Shown: positions 1-9,733 of the stretch, in pieces
How the letters are laid out: every line of letters starts with the position of its first letter
Numbering within the stretch: the stretch's first letter is position 1
Assembly (NCBI GenBank): GCA_963762565.1
Contig: CAVXLD010000002.1
Location: 1 to 64,000 of the forward strand
Direction of reading: 5' to 3'
Source: an uncultured Verrucomicrobiae bacterium
Lineage (GTDB): Bacteria; Verrucomicrobiota; Verrucomicrobiia; Chthoniobacterales; JAFAMB01
DNA length: 64,000 bases
The notes under the pieces: generated by a model
The model's input: only the letters and a program-made list of their open reading frames with translations
The model's database searches: none
Told to the model about the DNA's origin: nothing
Translations under genes and position numbers: made by a program

Positions 1-344
1 GAAAGCCAGGCAAGCAACCCAAAAGCGACATCCTCTTGACGGCGTTCCAGGCTGGGAACGAGTGACCAAAGCACAACTCGAGGCCGAGAACGCATGGCGC
101 TACCGGTTCGCGTTCCTGTACCCGAGAGTCGATAAGCGAGGCGCTCGCCAGTCACCCGCCTCGACGTTGCCGTTTATGTCGGCATAAGGAACGCGCAACC
201 CACACAGCAAGCGAGACGCGGGGCAACCCTAATACGGCTGATACATTGAAGTGACGCTTTAGGGGATAGGTAGCACCCTCTGCGGGGTTCGATGGGTCTT
301 CCTGACACGTCATCGACCGCGGTGACAGTCTGAGCGCGATATTT

Positions 345-782
345 TTGCACATTTTTGCGTGTTTTTTGGGGTCCGACGACGACACGGGAAGGCGGATTTT
401 GCCTACTGTGGCGGACTGGTTTTGGCCAGAAACGGAATTCTACGATGTGTCGATCCTCCGACGTCGACTCGACATTTTCGCCCTTTCCAGAGTGAAGACC
501 TACCCTTACACCGACATTTCAGACAATGAGACTCGCGACCTTTACCGCCAATACCGCGACACGATCACCGACCGCGACGGACTTGCCGAGGCACTTAATC
601 CAACCAACCGCGTCTCTGAGCTTACCATTCGCGGTCAGTTCGTAGCGGCTAACAAGAACCCCCTGCGGTACGCCGTCGATCACAATCTCTCATGCTATTC
701 GAATTACAAGTGGGCGATTAACAAAGAGTTCTTCTCTCTCTTGATTAATCTGCCGTCCGACGATTGGAGACCGCAGAATTAG
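345..782 (+). CDS. Hypothetical protein (start uncertain)
   Basis: 145 aa ORF with protein-like composition; no motif recognised. Confidence 0.4.
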   Translation: MHIFACFLGSDDDTGRRILPTVADWFWPETEFYDVSILRRRLDIFALSRVKTYPYTDISDNETRDLYRQYRDTITDRDGLAEALNPTNRVSELTIRGQFVAANKNPLRYAVDHNLSCYSNYKWAINKEFFSLLINLPSDDWRPQN

Positions 783-1012
783 CGCCCAGATAATTCACTA
801 AAGCCGTCGTCAGAGACTGTCGCTCGCTGTGTCCGTGTCGAGGAACTGTCCTATTGACACAGAGCGTACCAGGTCGTTTCTTTCGAAGTCGCTCAGAGCG
901 CCTTGACTAAGGCATTCCTTCTGACCCCTTGCAACACGGAGGTCCTGAAGCCTCAGAAATCTCGAAGCAGGTCGTTTGGCGACGAATCGTCCTAAACCCC
1001 TCGGGAGAACCA

Positions 1013-2024
1013 ATGAAAATCCGCTCAGTAGTCGCCCTAATGGGATTGGCAATCAGCTTTGCTGTGCCAGCCTTTGCCCAACACCCGCCGCACGCAGGAC
1101 ACTTCGTGACCTCGACCCGCCGGGCTCAACGTTTACCGTGCCTTCGGCCATTACCGCGGCGGGAGTGGTCCTCGGATCTGCCAGCGATTCAAGCGGTGCG
1201 CAGCGCGGCTTCCTGCGCAATGCTGACGGCAGCTTCACTACGTTCGACCCGCCGGGCTCCACACTCACCACGGCTACAGCCATCAATCCCGCGGGAACGC
1301 TCACTGGGGCCTACAACGACGCGGCGGGCGTGACCCACGGCTTCATGCGAACCGCAGGGGGGGCCTTCACCAGCTTCGACGCGCCGAGCGGTGTCATACT
1401 CAACAGCATCTACCAAATTGACGGCGCTCCGCCAAGCATCAACCCATCGGGGGCGATCGCAGGAACGTACTCCGTTTATATCCCGAGCTCACCGAGCACG
1501 GCTTCCTGCGCGAGAGGAACGGCACCCTCACCACGATCGATGTCCCCGGCTCGACATTCACCGAAGTCCTAGCGATCAACCCGGCGGGAACCCTTACAGG
1601 AGATTTCAATACCACGACCGTCCTCTTCCATGGTCTGCGGCTTGACGGGACCTGCATCACGACTAATTTTCCCGGCATCCCCGTCTGCATCAATCCGGCG
1701 GGTACGACCGCAGGAAATTACGTTGACGCAAGTAACGTGCGCATGGCTTCGTGCGGGCCGCGAACGGAACCTAACCACTTTCGACATCCCTGGCTCCCAA
1801 TATCTCCAAGTCTACGCGATTAACCCCGCAGGCACGCTCACGGGATACTATGCCACCCCCACTTTCTACGGCTTCCTGCTGGCTCCCAACGGGCCCTCAC
1901 CACGATCGATGTGCCAGGCTCCACTGGGACGGCAGGCGCGGCTATCAACCCGGCCGGCACAGTCGCGGGAATCTTTTTCGACGCGGCGGGCGTGACCCAC
2001 GGCTTCTTGTTTTTCACAGACTGA
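1013..2024 (+). CDS. Secreted repeat protein, HAF-like/beta-propeller-type repeats; several frameshifts
   Basis: Signal peptide MKIRSVVALMGLAISFAVPAFAQ, then repeats like TTFDPPGS..T.A.AINPAG.LTG.Y.DAAGVTHGF spread over three frames; ends GFLFFTD*. Confidence 0.75.
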
Positions 2025-2128
2025 GCAGGGCGCGACACTTCCACCCCTGGTAGAAAACTGCCGGTCCTCTTTTCACGTCATCGGTCGCGGGTGGCTTACA
2101 CAGCCTTCGCCTTAGCTCGCCAACGCGC

Positions 2129-2746
2129 TTGGCGCTCATTGGATGCCTTGCGGACGCGTTCAGTTGCTCGGGCGACAGTGAAGCGCAGGCGATTGTGGAT
2201 CGATGGAGGTTTGACTGGCTTGACCGGCTCAGCACCACACGCGCCACCATCAGCATCGTTCTTACCGGCGAGGCATGCCTCGAATTGCCTGGAAGCTTCC
2301 GAGCCTCTCTACGTTCCAGCTGGCGAACGGTTGGCTCGACAGGTTCGTCACTCACGGCAACGTTCAACGAAGCCAAGGCGATGCTCAGTGCTAATTCTCG
2401 CGGCCTTGAATCGATGACGCTTTGGTCGTTTCCTGACCTTCGCGGTAATGCCGAACATCTCAGCGATAAAGCGGAAGTGTCCCAAAGTCTTCGAGTCGAT
2501 CTGGTCTCCAGTGAGGTAATCGAGAAGAAAGTTAATAATGCCGTCTCGGCGTTCCTGACTGAGGCGAATTTCCTCCTTGCTATGCGGATCACTCACTACT
2601 TCCGCGCAATGTCAGCTAATAATGCGGTAAGAGTTGACACTCTTGTTGGTGGTATGAGTCAAGCACTCAGCACGATTAACCAGCTGGCAGTTGAAGCGGA
2701 GAGAGATCCGCGCACCGTCGAGCTCACGCTTACACGAAACGATTAA
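2129..2746 (+). CDS. Hypothetical protein
   Basis: 205 aa ORF; no motif recognised. Confidence 0.55.
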   Translation: MALIGCLADAFSCSGDSEAQAIVDRWRFDWLDRLSTTRATISIVLTGEACLELPGSFRASLRSSWRTVGSTGSSLTATFNEAKAMLSANSRGLESMTLWSFPDLRGNAEHLSDKAEVSQSLRVDLVSSEVIEKKVNNAVSAFLTEANFLLAMRITHYFRAMSANNAVRVDTLVGGMSQALSTINQLAVEAERDPRTVELTLTRND

Positions 2747-2878
2747 CCTCTTTGCACAGTTGCATAGCGCAAGACGACCGCAGTCTCTCTATTCCAGGGA
2801 TGAGGCAAAGAAGATACTCGCCGAAGCGCTCCGCGAAGCTGCCGAGAAGTACTCAAACTCCTAACAACGAAAGAAGGC

Positions 2879-3502
2879 ATGGAACAAGAAGCATATACGA
2901 TCACGCGGCACGATGTTACGAATAACAAGGTCGAGACGCGAACGATCACCCCGCTACCCCAACCAGAGCAACGTTTTGCCAAACCGGAAACGCCCACGGT
3001 CGAAGAATTACGCGAAGCGGTCAACGACCTCGTCGCAGATATCGAAGGAGCCGGATCCAACTATGAAACCGTGTCGGCTGATTTGGACAGCTTTTATGCT
3101 TCTCACAAAGCTTTGGAGAAGCGAATCTCTGAGCTAAGAGCAGAACTCACACAGGCTGAGCAGGAGTTAAGCGGCCTACGTTTGGAGGGCTCACCCGCGG
3201 AAGGCTACAAGCGGTTTATCGTCGAGGCAGAGACAAAGGTCTCGGGAATTGCGCGGCAACTGATCGACAGATTTTCCACCGATCGAGCACGCGATAAGTT
3301 CGACACCGAATTTTCAAGACTGTCTCCAACGACGCAAAAAGACTTGCAGATCTCGATCCGGTTGAAACTGGAGCGATTTGCTTCGCAGTTCTACGCCAAG
3401 TTAGGGCAGCGGAATTTCAACGCGAGCATTGAACAGGTTAAGAGCCGAGCCTCCGAGCTCCTCCGCGACCTTCAAACGATCCTTGCAGAGAATTTCAAAT
3501 GA
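2879..3502 (+). CDS. Hypothetical coiled-coil protein
   Basis: 207 aa; purine-rich RBS (GAAGG) before ATG; helical heptads (LEKRISELRAELTQAEQEL). Confidence 0.75.
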   Translation: MEQEAYTITRHDVTNNKVETRTITPLPQPEQRFAKPETPTVEELREAVNDLVADIEGAGSNYETVSADLDSFYASHKALEKRISELRAELTQAEQELSGLRLEGSPAEGYKRFIVEAETKVSGIARQLIDRFSTDRARDKFDTEFSRLSPTTQKDLQISIRLKLERFASQFYAKLGQRNFNASIEQVKSRASELLRDLQTILAENFK

Positions 3503-3788
3503 ATAGCCACTCACGATTAGATCTACTATCAAAGTCAATGGCACGAGCTGCCAAGCGCGCGGAAACGTCGCAAAGTCTCGCCTGCCCCCACTGTGGGGAG
3601 CCTCTACCCGAGGGATGGCGCCCGATGACGTAACTGGCGTCAGCGATGATAACCAGGACGAGGACAACGAAGGCGATAACGCGGATGGAGCCGATCAGGA
3701 CGTTGCCGACTACGACAACCGGCGGATTACTCGCTTGAATAATCTGGCTAAGAGCTTGGCGGCAGCAACAGAAAGAGCAAAGAGATAA
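3499..3788 (+). CDS. Small acidic protein with CPHC motif; one apparent frameshift near 3620
   Basis: ATGA overlap with previous stop; MNSHSRLDLL...ACPHCGEPLPEGW, then DDVTGVSDDNQDED...TERAKR* in the next frame. Confidence 0.5.
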
Positions 3789-3971
3789 TTTAACTTTGTC
3801 GGCATGGCGTCCGTCGAGATGGCGGAACCGCTACAGTCATAGCGAATGCAACACCGACACAACTGCCAGCGGCATGATGTTCGCAGATAGAGGCGGAATA
3901 GGCACTTCTAAGCCGTTTGAAACACGCTGGCGACTTTTTTATAAGCCTAACCTAACGTACAGGACCGGGCG

Positions 3972-4511
3972 TCAGTGATTGGTGCAATAACCCCATGAGA
4001 TCGCTCCGTGGTTCACGCCAAACAATTCTCCATTGAAGCACTGAACGAATGTTCCATACCGCGCGTTAATCGTTATGGTGCGAACTGTTTCTCCCTCATC
4101 TCCCACGTTGGAAAGTATAAGGTAATTACTGGTTTTCGATACAACGGTCCACGTTTCATTTGTGATGGTTTCCAAGCCACCTCCTGCGATGATTAAATCC
4201 GCAGTTTTGTCGTGCAGGGTGATTTTCCAGACGCTGGGAGCTTCATCGGGCGTAATATCTGCTCGCTCTAGAATCTCTGAATCCTTGTATAAAATCTCCT
4301 TTTTTTCGTATCCAGCAACGGAGTAGGTCTGAAAGACACATGTTATAGGCCGATCAAAAGAAATCGGATCTTTCTGGCGCTGAACGTATGGTCCTTTGAA
4401 TTGATACTTCGGTCGATCTAGGTCGGAGGTATCTCCGCAAGCCCGAGGTGAAATCTCAGGCGTGATCGCTAATCCAAGGATCATGGTAAGAATGTAGAGG
4501 AGGTATTTCAT
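3972..4511 (-). CDS. Exported hypothetical protein
   Basis: Signal-like start MKYLLYILTMILGLAI inside the 324 aa ORF, which is an artefactual fusion. Confidence 0.6.
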   Translation of the reverse strand: MKYLLYILTMILGLAITPEISPRACGDTSDLDRPKYQFKGPYVQRQKDPISFDRPITCVFQTYSVAGYEKKEILYKDSEILERADITPDEAPSVWKITLHDKTADLIIAGGGLETITNETWTVVSKTSNYLILSNVGDEGETVRTITINARYGTFVQCFNGELFGVNHGAISWGYCTNH

Positions 4512-4569
4512 TGTAGCGTCAGATGCGAGGAAGAGACCATGGCGACCGTCTGCCGAAGCAAGTCTTTGA

Positions 4570-4995
4570 CTAAAGCCACTGATCAAGACCACGGTCGCCC
4601 TGTCAGTGTGGTGACGAGCGATGACCGTCGTGCCGGTAACGGTTGCACCTGCTCCCATCGGCGTGATCGTGCCATTGGTGAATGCTCCAACAGCTTCGGA
4701 GCTTTTGCCGTGTGATTCTACTAATACGGCGTCAGCGCCAAGTTTCTTGGCGGAATTTGCCGCATCCTCTACCGCGTCTGAAAACCGGCCGTGGCTAGTT
4801 TCCTCGAGAAATCCGACGACTGCGTAGGCTCTGGACGGGTATCCGTAATAAACCGGTACAGCGTACTGAGAATCGACGAATGCGCCAGGAGAGGTCGGCC
4901 ACTTTATCTTGTTGTCCGACATAAGGATGAAATTCGTGAGACGCACACGCGCAAAGGAGGAATAGGCACGCGCACAGGAGGGAGAACGATTTCAT
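4570..4995 (-). CDS. Lipoprotein, frameshifted
   Basis: MKSFSLLCACLFLLCAC lipobox; continues in another frame with AANSAKKLGADAVLV. Confidence 0.6.
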
Positions 4996-5193
4996 GATAA
5001 TGATTGCGCAAGTCGTCCTAGCAGACTTTCTTCATGGCGACGAGAGGAAATCAAAGATGGGGCAGAAAGCGAAAAGGCGACCACCTTTCGATGACCGCCC
5101 TTTGTTGCTTCGTTGCCTTGCGCGTGTTGCTATTCCTTACATATCGTCAAGAAAGCATTGACGTCGAGCGGAGCGCGGCAATGTCTGTGCTGG

Positions 5194-5552
5194 TTATTTG
5201 TTTGTTGGCGGGTAGTTTTTCAGGATGCCGTCTGGCGCTGCTTTGTCGTCCTCCACTTGCTTAGTGAAAGACTTAATGAATCCGACCATAAAATCGGCCA
5301 GATCTTGCGATTTAATCTTGTCCTGAAGCGCGTAGGCAGCAGCCAATCCGGCTATAAAATGGTGATCCGCGACCGTGTCGACGTTGAAAACCTTTGCGCG
5401 AAGAAAATCAGGCATACTGAAGAACGCGGAGAATCCCTCTGCGTCCCCCTTAGAGACGGCGGCATCGGGATTGAAGCAATTTCTGGCGGCATGTCGCCAG
5501 CGCTTGCAAAAGATGCCGTAAGCAGCGCGGCAGCTAGTAATAGTCGTTTCAT
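5194..5552 (-). CDS. Exported hypothetical protein, frameshifted
   Basis: Signal peptide MKRLLLAAALLTASFASA; joins ORF 5194..5574 near 5445. Confidence 0.6.
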
Positions 5553-5585
5553 TGGTTGGAGGTGAGTCTGCCAATTTCCAGGCTG

Positions 5586-5911
5586 TTACTGGTTGCCGTA
5601 AATGATCATATGCACTTCATGGTTGGGCGCGTAACAGACTTGGCCGTGATAGCGAAGGGTGTCGACACCATCCCAGCCGATATCGACCACGTAGACGGTT
5701 TCCCCTGGCTTAATGACGGCCAGCACGCCTTGCTTGTATTCAGCGCTTATGCCGTCCTTGTCGCCGTCATTGATCATCTGATCTAGGTTCTTGGCCTCGT
5801 CCTTCGTAGCGGCGACTATCAAGGGTTCTCGAGGACGATCTTATCCGAGGTTCCGGCAGTAGCAGAGATGGCTAGAGTGGCGAGGACAATTACTAAGAAC
5901 GTTTTCTTCAT
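5586..5911 (-). CDS. Exported hypothetical protein, frameshifted
   Basis: MKKTFLVIVLATLAISATAG signal (ATG 5911); joins ORF 5586..5822. Confidence 0.6.
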
Positions 5912-6212
5912 TTGTTGGATTCGCTAGCGTGGATTGGCGAGTTAAGCAGAAAAGGCGATAGCGATCAATAACTAGGAGAGTGCCTACCCTTTCGACGCGC
6001 CAACCCAAATGCTTCACCGCATCAGCTTTCGTAATCGTTCCGTGGTAGTGCCGGACCGGTACTCCTCGAACTCCTCTTTCGAGATCTTGTACACCTCGAA
6101 GTTGTCTCTCGGTAAGCCGGTAATCTCGCTGGCATCGGCATGCGCCCGGACGGCGCTGTCCCCTACGGTGATCGCGCTAGCGGAGAAGTAGAGCTTAATT
6201 CTGTTTCCGATT

Positions 6213-6830
6213 CTAAGTTTCCGAAGGAGGATTTCTGCTGACTCCCTCGCGAATCCTTGTCAGATGAATGGATAATTTAAACAGAAACAGATAAAAGCCA
6301 TAGTTGCTAAGTGTAAATAAGCGCCCTTGTAGAACCGAAGCCAGATCGATGGCACTTAGATCACAGTTATTTATACGATCAAGCATGGCGATTCCTTCGC
6401 TGCCAAGCCTCTGGTTTTCAGGAAGGTAAAACATGTTCGATATCTTCTGCTGACGAATAGCCGCTATATGATCGCTTAACCCTGGAGTTCCCTCCGAACT
6501 GAGCATATTTTCGTAGGCGGAAAGACGAATAATCGGGCAGTAAATTAAGCACGCCCCTAGTTTCCGTTCGTTTTCGGGCGAGACGTCACAGGTATTCGAT
6601 AACACCATGACACGAGCTCGGCTCAACGTGTTTGCTGGCAAATCTCCAGTTGGTAGATCGGATAGACCATCCCCCTGGAATATCGTTCTTTCGTTCTCCA
6701 GATACGAAGTGTAGATCCTCGAATCAATGTTCGCCGGGAACTGTGTAAATTCGCTAAAAAGCGCCGTGCTTGCTGGAGCAGAGAGATACTGAGGTAGATG
6801 TCTCTGAATGTCCTCCAGCAATTCCGACAT
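6213..6830 (-). CDS. Uncharacterised protein, possibly a PemK/MazF-like toxin
   Basis: Intact 205 aa ORF, RBS GAGG; motifs IFQGD...VMVLSNTCD...CPI...FYLP; 3 nt from upstream gene. Confidence 0.7.
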   Translation of the reverse strand: MSELLEDIQRHLPQYLSAPASTALFSEFTQFPANIDSRIYTSYLENERTIFQGDGLSDLPTGDLPANTLSRARVMVLSNTCDVSPENERKLGACLIYCPIIRLSAYENMLSSEGTPGLSDHIAAIRQQKISNMFYLPENQRLGSEGIAMLDRINNCDLSAIDLASVLQGRLFTLSNYGFYLFLFKLSIHLTRIREGVSRNPPSET

Positions 6831-6833
6831 ACC

Positions 6834-7133
6834 TCATAGCAGTTCTGAAAACCGACGATTCAACAAATCGGCTATTTGCGGCGGCAAGTCTTCGGTGTTC
6901 TCCAAAAGTTTTTTCCCAAAGACCTGAAGGACTGAGAGTTGAATGGTTGTCTCCATGTAGATGTTGGCTGTGTAAAACACGTACCCTTGGCCGGATACGG
7001 TGGTGGCGAGTGTATAATAAGCATGTATCCGTAAGGTCCCTGCGTCTGGAACGAGTCCAGGTCCAGTCAACGCGGCTAAATCGTCCGGCGTCGTGGCGAC
7101 TTGATAAGGTGCGCTAAGTGGTTGAGACATCAT
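6834..7133 (-). CDS. Small protein (99 aa), middle gene of the cassette
   Basis: ATG overlaps the upstream gene end; C-terminal FGKKLLENTEDLPPQIADLLNRRFSELL helix. Confidence 0.65.
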   Translation of the reverse strand: MMSQPLSAPYQVATTPDDLAALTGPGLVPDAGTLRIHAYYTLATTVSGQGYVFYTANIYMETTIQLSVLQVFGKKLLENTEDLPPQIADLLNRRFSELL

Positions 7134-7883
7134 ATTCAGGGTGAAATTCGTCGAGGAAATCAGGATTGAGCAAACCAAAGAACAGTTGCTTTTCTGCGGT
7201 GTAAGCAACTTCGAGGAATTCCCTAATTTGCCTATCAAGGGTGCTGTTGTTTGGCGTTGTGAAACAATCAATATCTATCACAGACCCCGTCGCGACCTGT
7301 CCGGTTACGTTATTGGTTACGAGCACGTCCTTTCCGACCTGAAGGATTACCTTCAAAGTGTTCCAATCAAGAATCGTTTTGAAGAACGTTTCCCTCCCGC
7401 TAATGGATTGGTTCTGGATAGAAAAAGAAAGCACCAGCCTGCTCAAGACGTCCCGCGGGAAAAAATTTACTGTATCTCAGCCCGAACCGACCTGGATTGG
7501 CTATCAGTTCTGTTTGGAGGACCTTGTCGATGATTTCGATAAACTTCGGAAACATCGCATTCCAACCCGGATACGCTCCCTTTATCGCAACAGAAACACT
7601 CCGTGGACCCACGAGCATGACAAACCTTTCCCCTTCCAGCCGGTAATGTGCTTGGAAAAGTAGAGTGGGGTTCGCCTGTATTGTTGCCTCAGGCATCGCT
7701 GCCAAAGGCAGGGTGGTAACGCCGGGAAACTCTGGCCGTAGTTTTTCGATATACCATTCCTAGCACAGCCTGAGATGGAACGTTTGAGACAAAGCGAACC
7801 TCGAAGGGGCTGTCTGTATCTGGGCATGGATACGATATTTTTGGGAGCCGATCGGGAATTCGGATCGGGTAGGTGTCAGCCAT
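7114..7883 (-). CDS. TIGR04255-family-like protein, split by frameshifts
   Basis: Pieces LPKI.PCP...FEVRF, YPGW..MFP, RFGLRY, GSVIDID, EKQLFFGLL..FL.EFHPEY match my recollection of the family. Confidence 0.75.
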
Positions 7884-7982
7884 TGAATCCATATCTGCCC
7901 TGATTTGAAACGGTTTGTCAATGGCGGCGTCAATGGCGGCGGACTGCTTTCAGTTCCGCGCCGCCCGCGCGCGCACTAACCC

Positions 7983-9120
7983 TTAGCTTTTCGGCACAAG
8001 CGCCCAAAACTTCTCTGCCTCTTCTGCGGTCATGTGGCGGTAGTAATGCCTGCCAGATCATCTTAAGATCCTTCTGACCAAGCGCCAACATGGTCTTAGT
8101 TGCGTCACCATGCTTCGCCATGTGCGCAGAAGCGAACGTGTGCCTAAAGCCATCCTTTAACCACGTCACATTAGCTTTCTCGACAAGGTCGGCGCGTTTG
8201 CGTGCGAGCGTCGACGCGGAGAACGGGAACACTCGACCAGCGGCATCTTTTGGCCGGACGGCACGCAACCACGCCACAGCATTTGCGGAAAGGTCGACCG
8301 TCCGGCGTTCCCGCGTCTTTGATGTGTCAGCACGCACCACCAGATGAGGCTCTGGCGCGTCAAGGTGGATATCCGCCCACTTGATGCTGAATGCCTCGTT
8401 CTCTGGTCGCAGACCGGCGAAGCAGCACGCCACGACGAACGACGCGAAATCCGCGTCATTGGTGCGGACCCACTCCAGGATCGTTGTGACTTCGTTGTCG
8501 ACGGTATAGATCGAAACTTCACCTTTCTTGCTGCCCGGACAGGTCGAGACGGTCGCCGGGATTCGATTGAAGCCAACCCTTTTTGACGGCGTGATTTCCG
8601 GACCGTGCGGAGCCGATTGATTCGAAGGTCGCGAGTCGCCGGAGCGGAGCCTGTCAAGGCGGCCTCGAGCTCATCGGCGGTAACGTCGACAACCGATCGC
8701 ACCATCAAGTGCTCAACCTTGGCCTTGGTGTGAGCGAGGGAGGCGAGGTAATCCGCCGACAACCGCTTGCGTGAGGCCAGGAATGAGCTCCCAAACCTCT
8801 CCAAGGCTCTTCGATGCGGTCCGGCGAGCGTGGTCTGCCAGAAAGCTATTTACGGCAACCAAGAGTCCAATACCGATCGGCTCGAGGAGTTCGAATGCCT
8901 TAACGCATTCAGCCATCTGGTGCGGCTTCAGTCTGTAGATCAGATCGCCGAAGGACTTTTGGCCGAATTGTAGCGTCAAGGCGTGGTGATCCGCGTCATC
9001 CTTCGTCTCGAAAAACAATTGCTGCCGCTTCCCGTCCTGTGCCATCGACGCGGGAACGTTTAGACGCCACGGTCGCTTCCTTCCGTCTACTTTGACCGGC
9101 TCAAGTTCAGGGGTTCTCAT
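7983..9120 (-). CDS. Tyrosine recombinase/integrase, frameshifted in this sequence
   Basis: FAGLRPE (Arg I), SKT (Lys), DGFRHTFAS (Arg II), then HYYRH...EAEKFW in the adjacent frame. Confidence 0.9.
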
Positions 9121-9277
9121 TCCACAAAAGGCTAACAAATCATCCGCTATTTAAGCAACAAAGTAATGGTGACTAAGTCACCGAATAGCTTACAAATCGT
9201 TACCAATTGTTTCCAATTCTTTCCTATTGCTTCCCATTCTACTCGAGAGAAACGGGCATCATCCCAAGGACGGCTAT

Positions 9278-9323
9278 TTCCTTGCCAAGGAAGATGTCGC
9301 GAGTTCGAGTCTCGTCACCCGCT
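9278..9323 (+). tRNA. 3' fragment of tRNA-Gly(GCC), the att core; not a complete tRNA
   Basis: TTCC-TTGCCAA-GGAA anticodon arm, GCGAG-TTCGAGT-CTCGT T arm and CACCCGCT acceptor strand; no 5' acceptor strand or D arm upstream. Confidence 0.9.
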
Positions 9324-9414
9324 TTCGCCAAACTCGTTGACGGCTCATACCCAAAGGGCGAAAGCGTCGCGCCGGAGTCCCGCTGATAGGGACGAAGGCG
9401 GACTGGTAACCAAG

Positions 9415-9522
9415 ATGCATTACGTCTACATCCTCGAATCGATCTCTACGCCGGCACATTTTTATATCGGCTACACCCAAGATTTACGTGACCCAGTCCG
9501 TAAACTCGTAACCCGGTATTGA
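9415..9522 (+). pseudogene. Truncated GIY-YIG nuclease
   Basis: MHYVYILES...FYIGYTQDL, stop after 35 aa. Confidence 0.75.
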
Positions 9523-9545
9523 TACAATTAATTAGAAAAGCGATC

Positions 9546-9577
9546 CGGCGGCTGCCATAGGCGGCCGCCGTTTTCTT
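9546..9577 (+). terminator. Intrinsic terminator
   Basis: CGGCGGCTGCC-ATA-GGCGGCCGCCG followed by TTTTCTT. Confidence 0.65.
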
Positions 9578-9733
9578 GCGCACTGCCGGGACTGCCTACC
9601 CGGTAATCTTTTTCGAGCCCAGACCTAGCGCGTAGGATCTCCACCTCGGTCCCCGACCGATTTCTGGCCCAAAAAGAGCTTTTCCCGGCACGAAACTTGA
9701 TTAACTGTTACACCTTCTCACCACCCGACACCT

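Larger units (their letters stand above)
1..9323. mobile_element. Right end of an integrative element/genomic island inserted at tRNA-Gly(GCC); left end outside the window
   Basis: Tyrosine integrase next to a tRNA 3' fragment; cargo of orphan ORFs; no housekeeping genes before 9.7 kb. Confidence 0.85.

Noticed and set aside
1013..2024. Diversity-generating retroelement TR/VR pair
   Set aside because: The duplicate is exact with no adenine-specific mismatches, and no reverse transcriptase is in the window
3972..4946. 324 aa single protein
   Set aside because: Artefactual join of a lipoprotein and a separate exported protein with its own signal peptide
9250..9330. Complete tRNA-Gly gene
   Set aside because: No 5' acceptor strand or D arm; att fragment only
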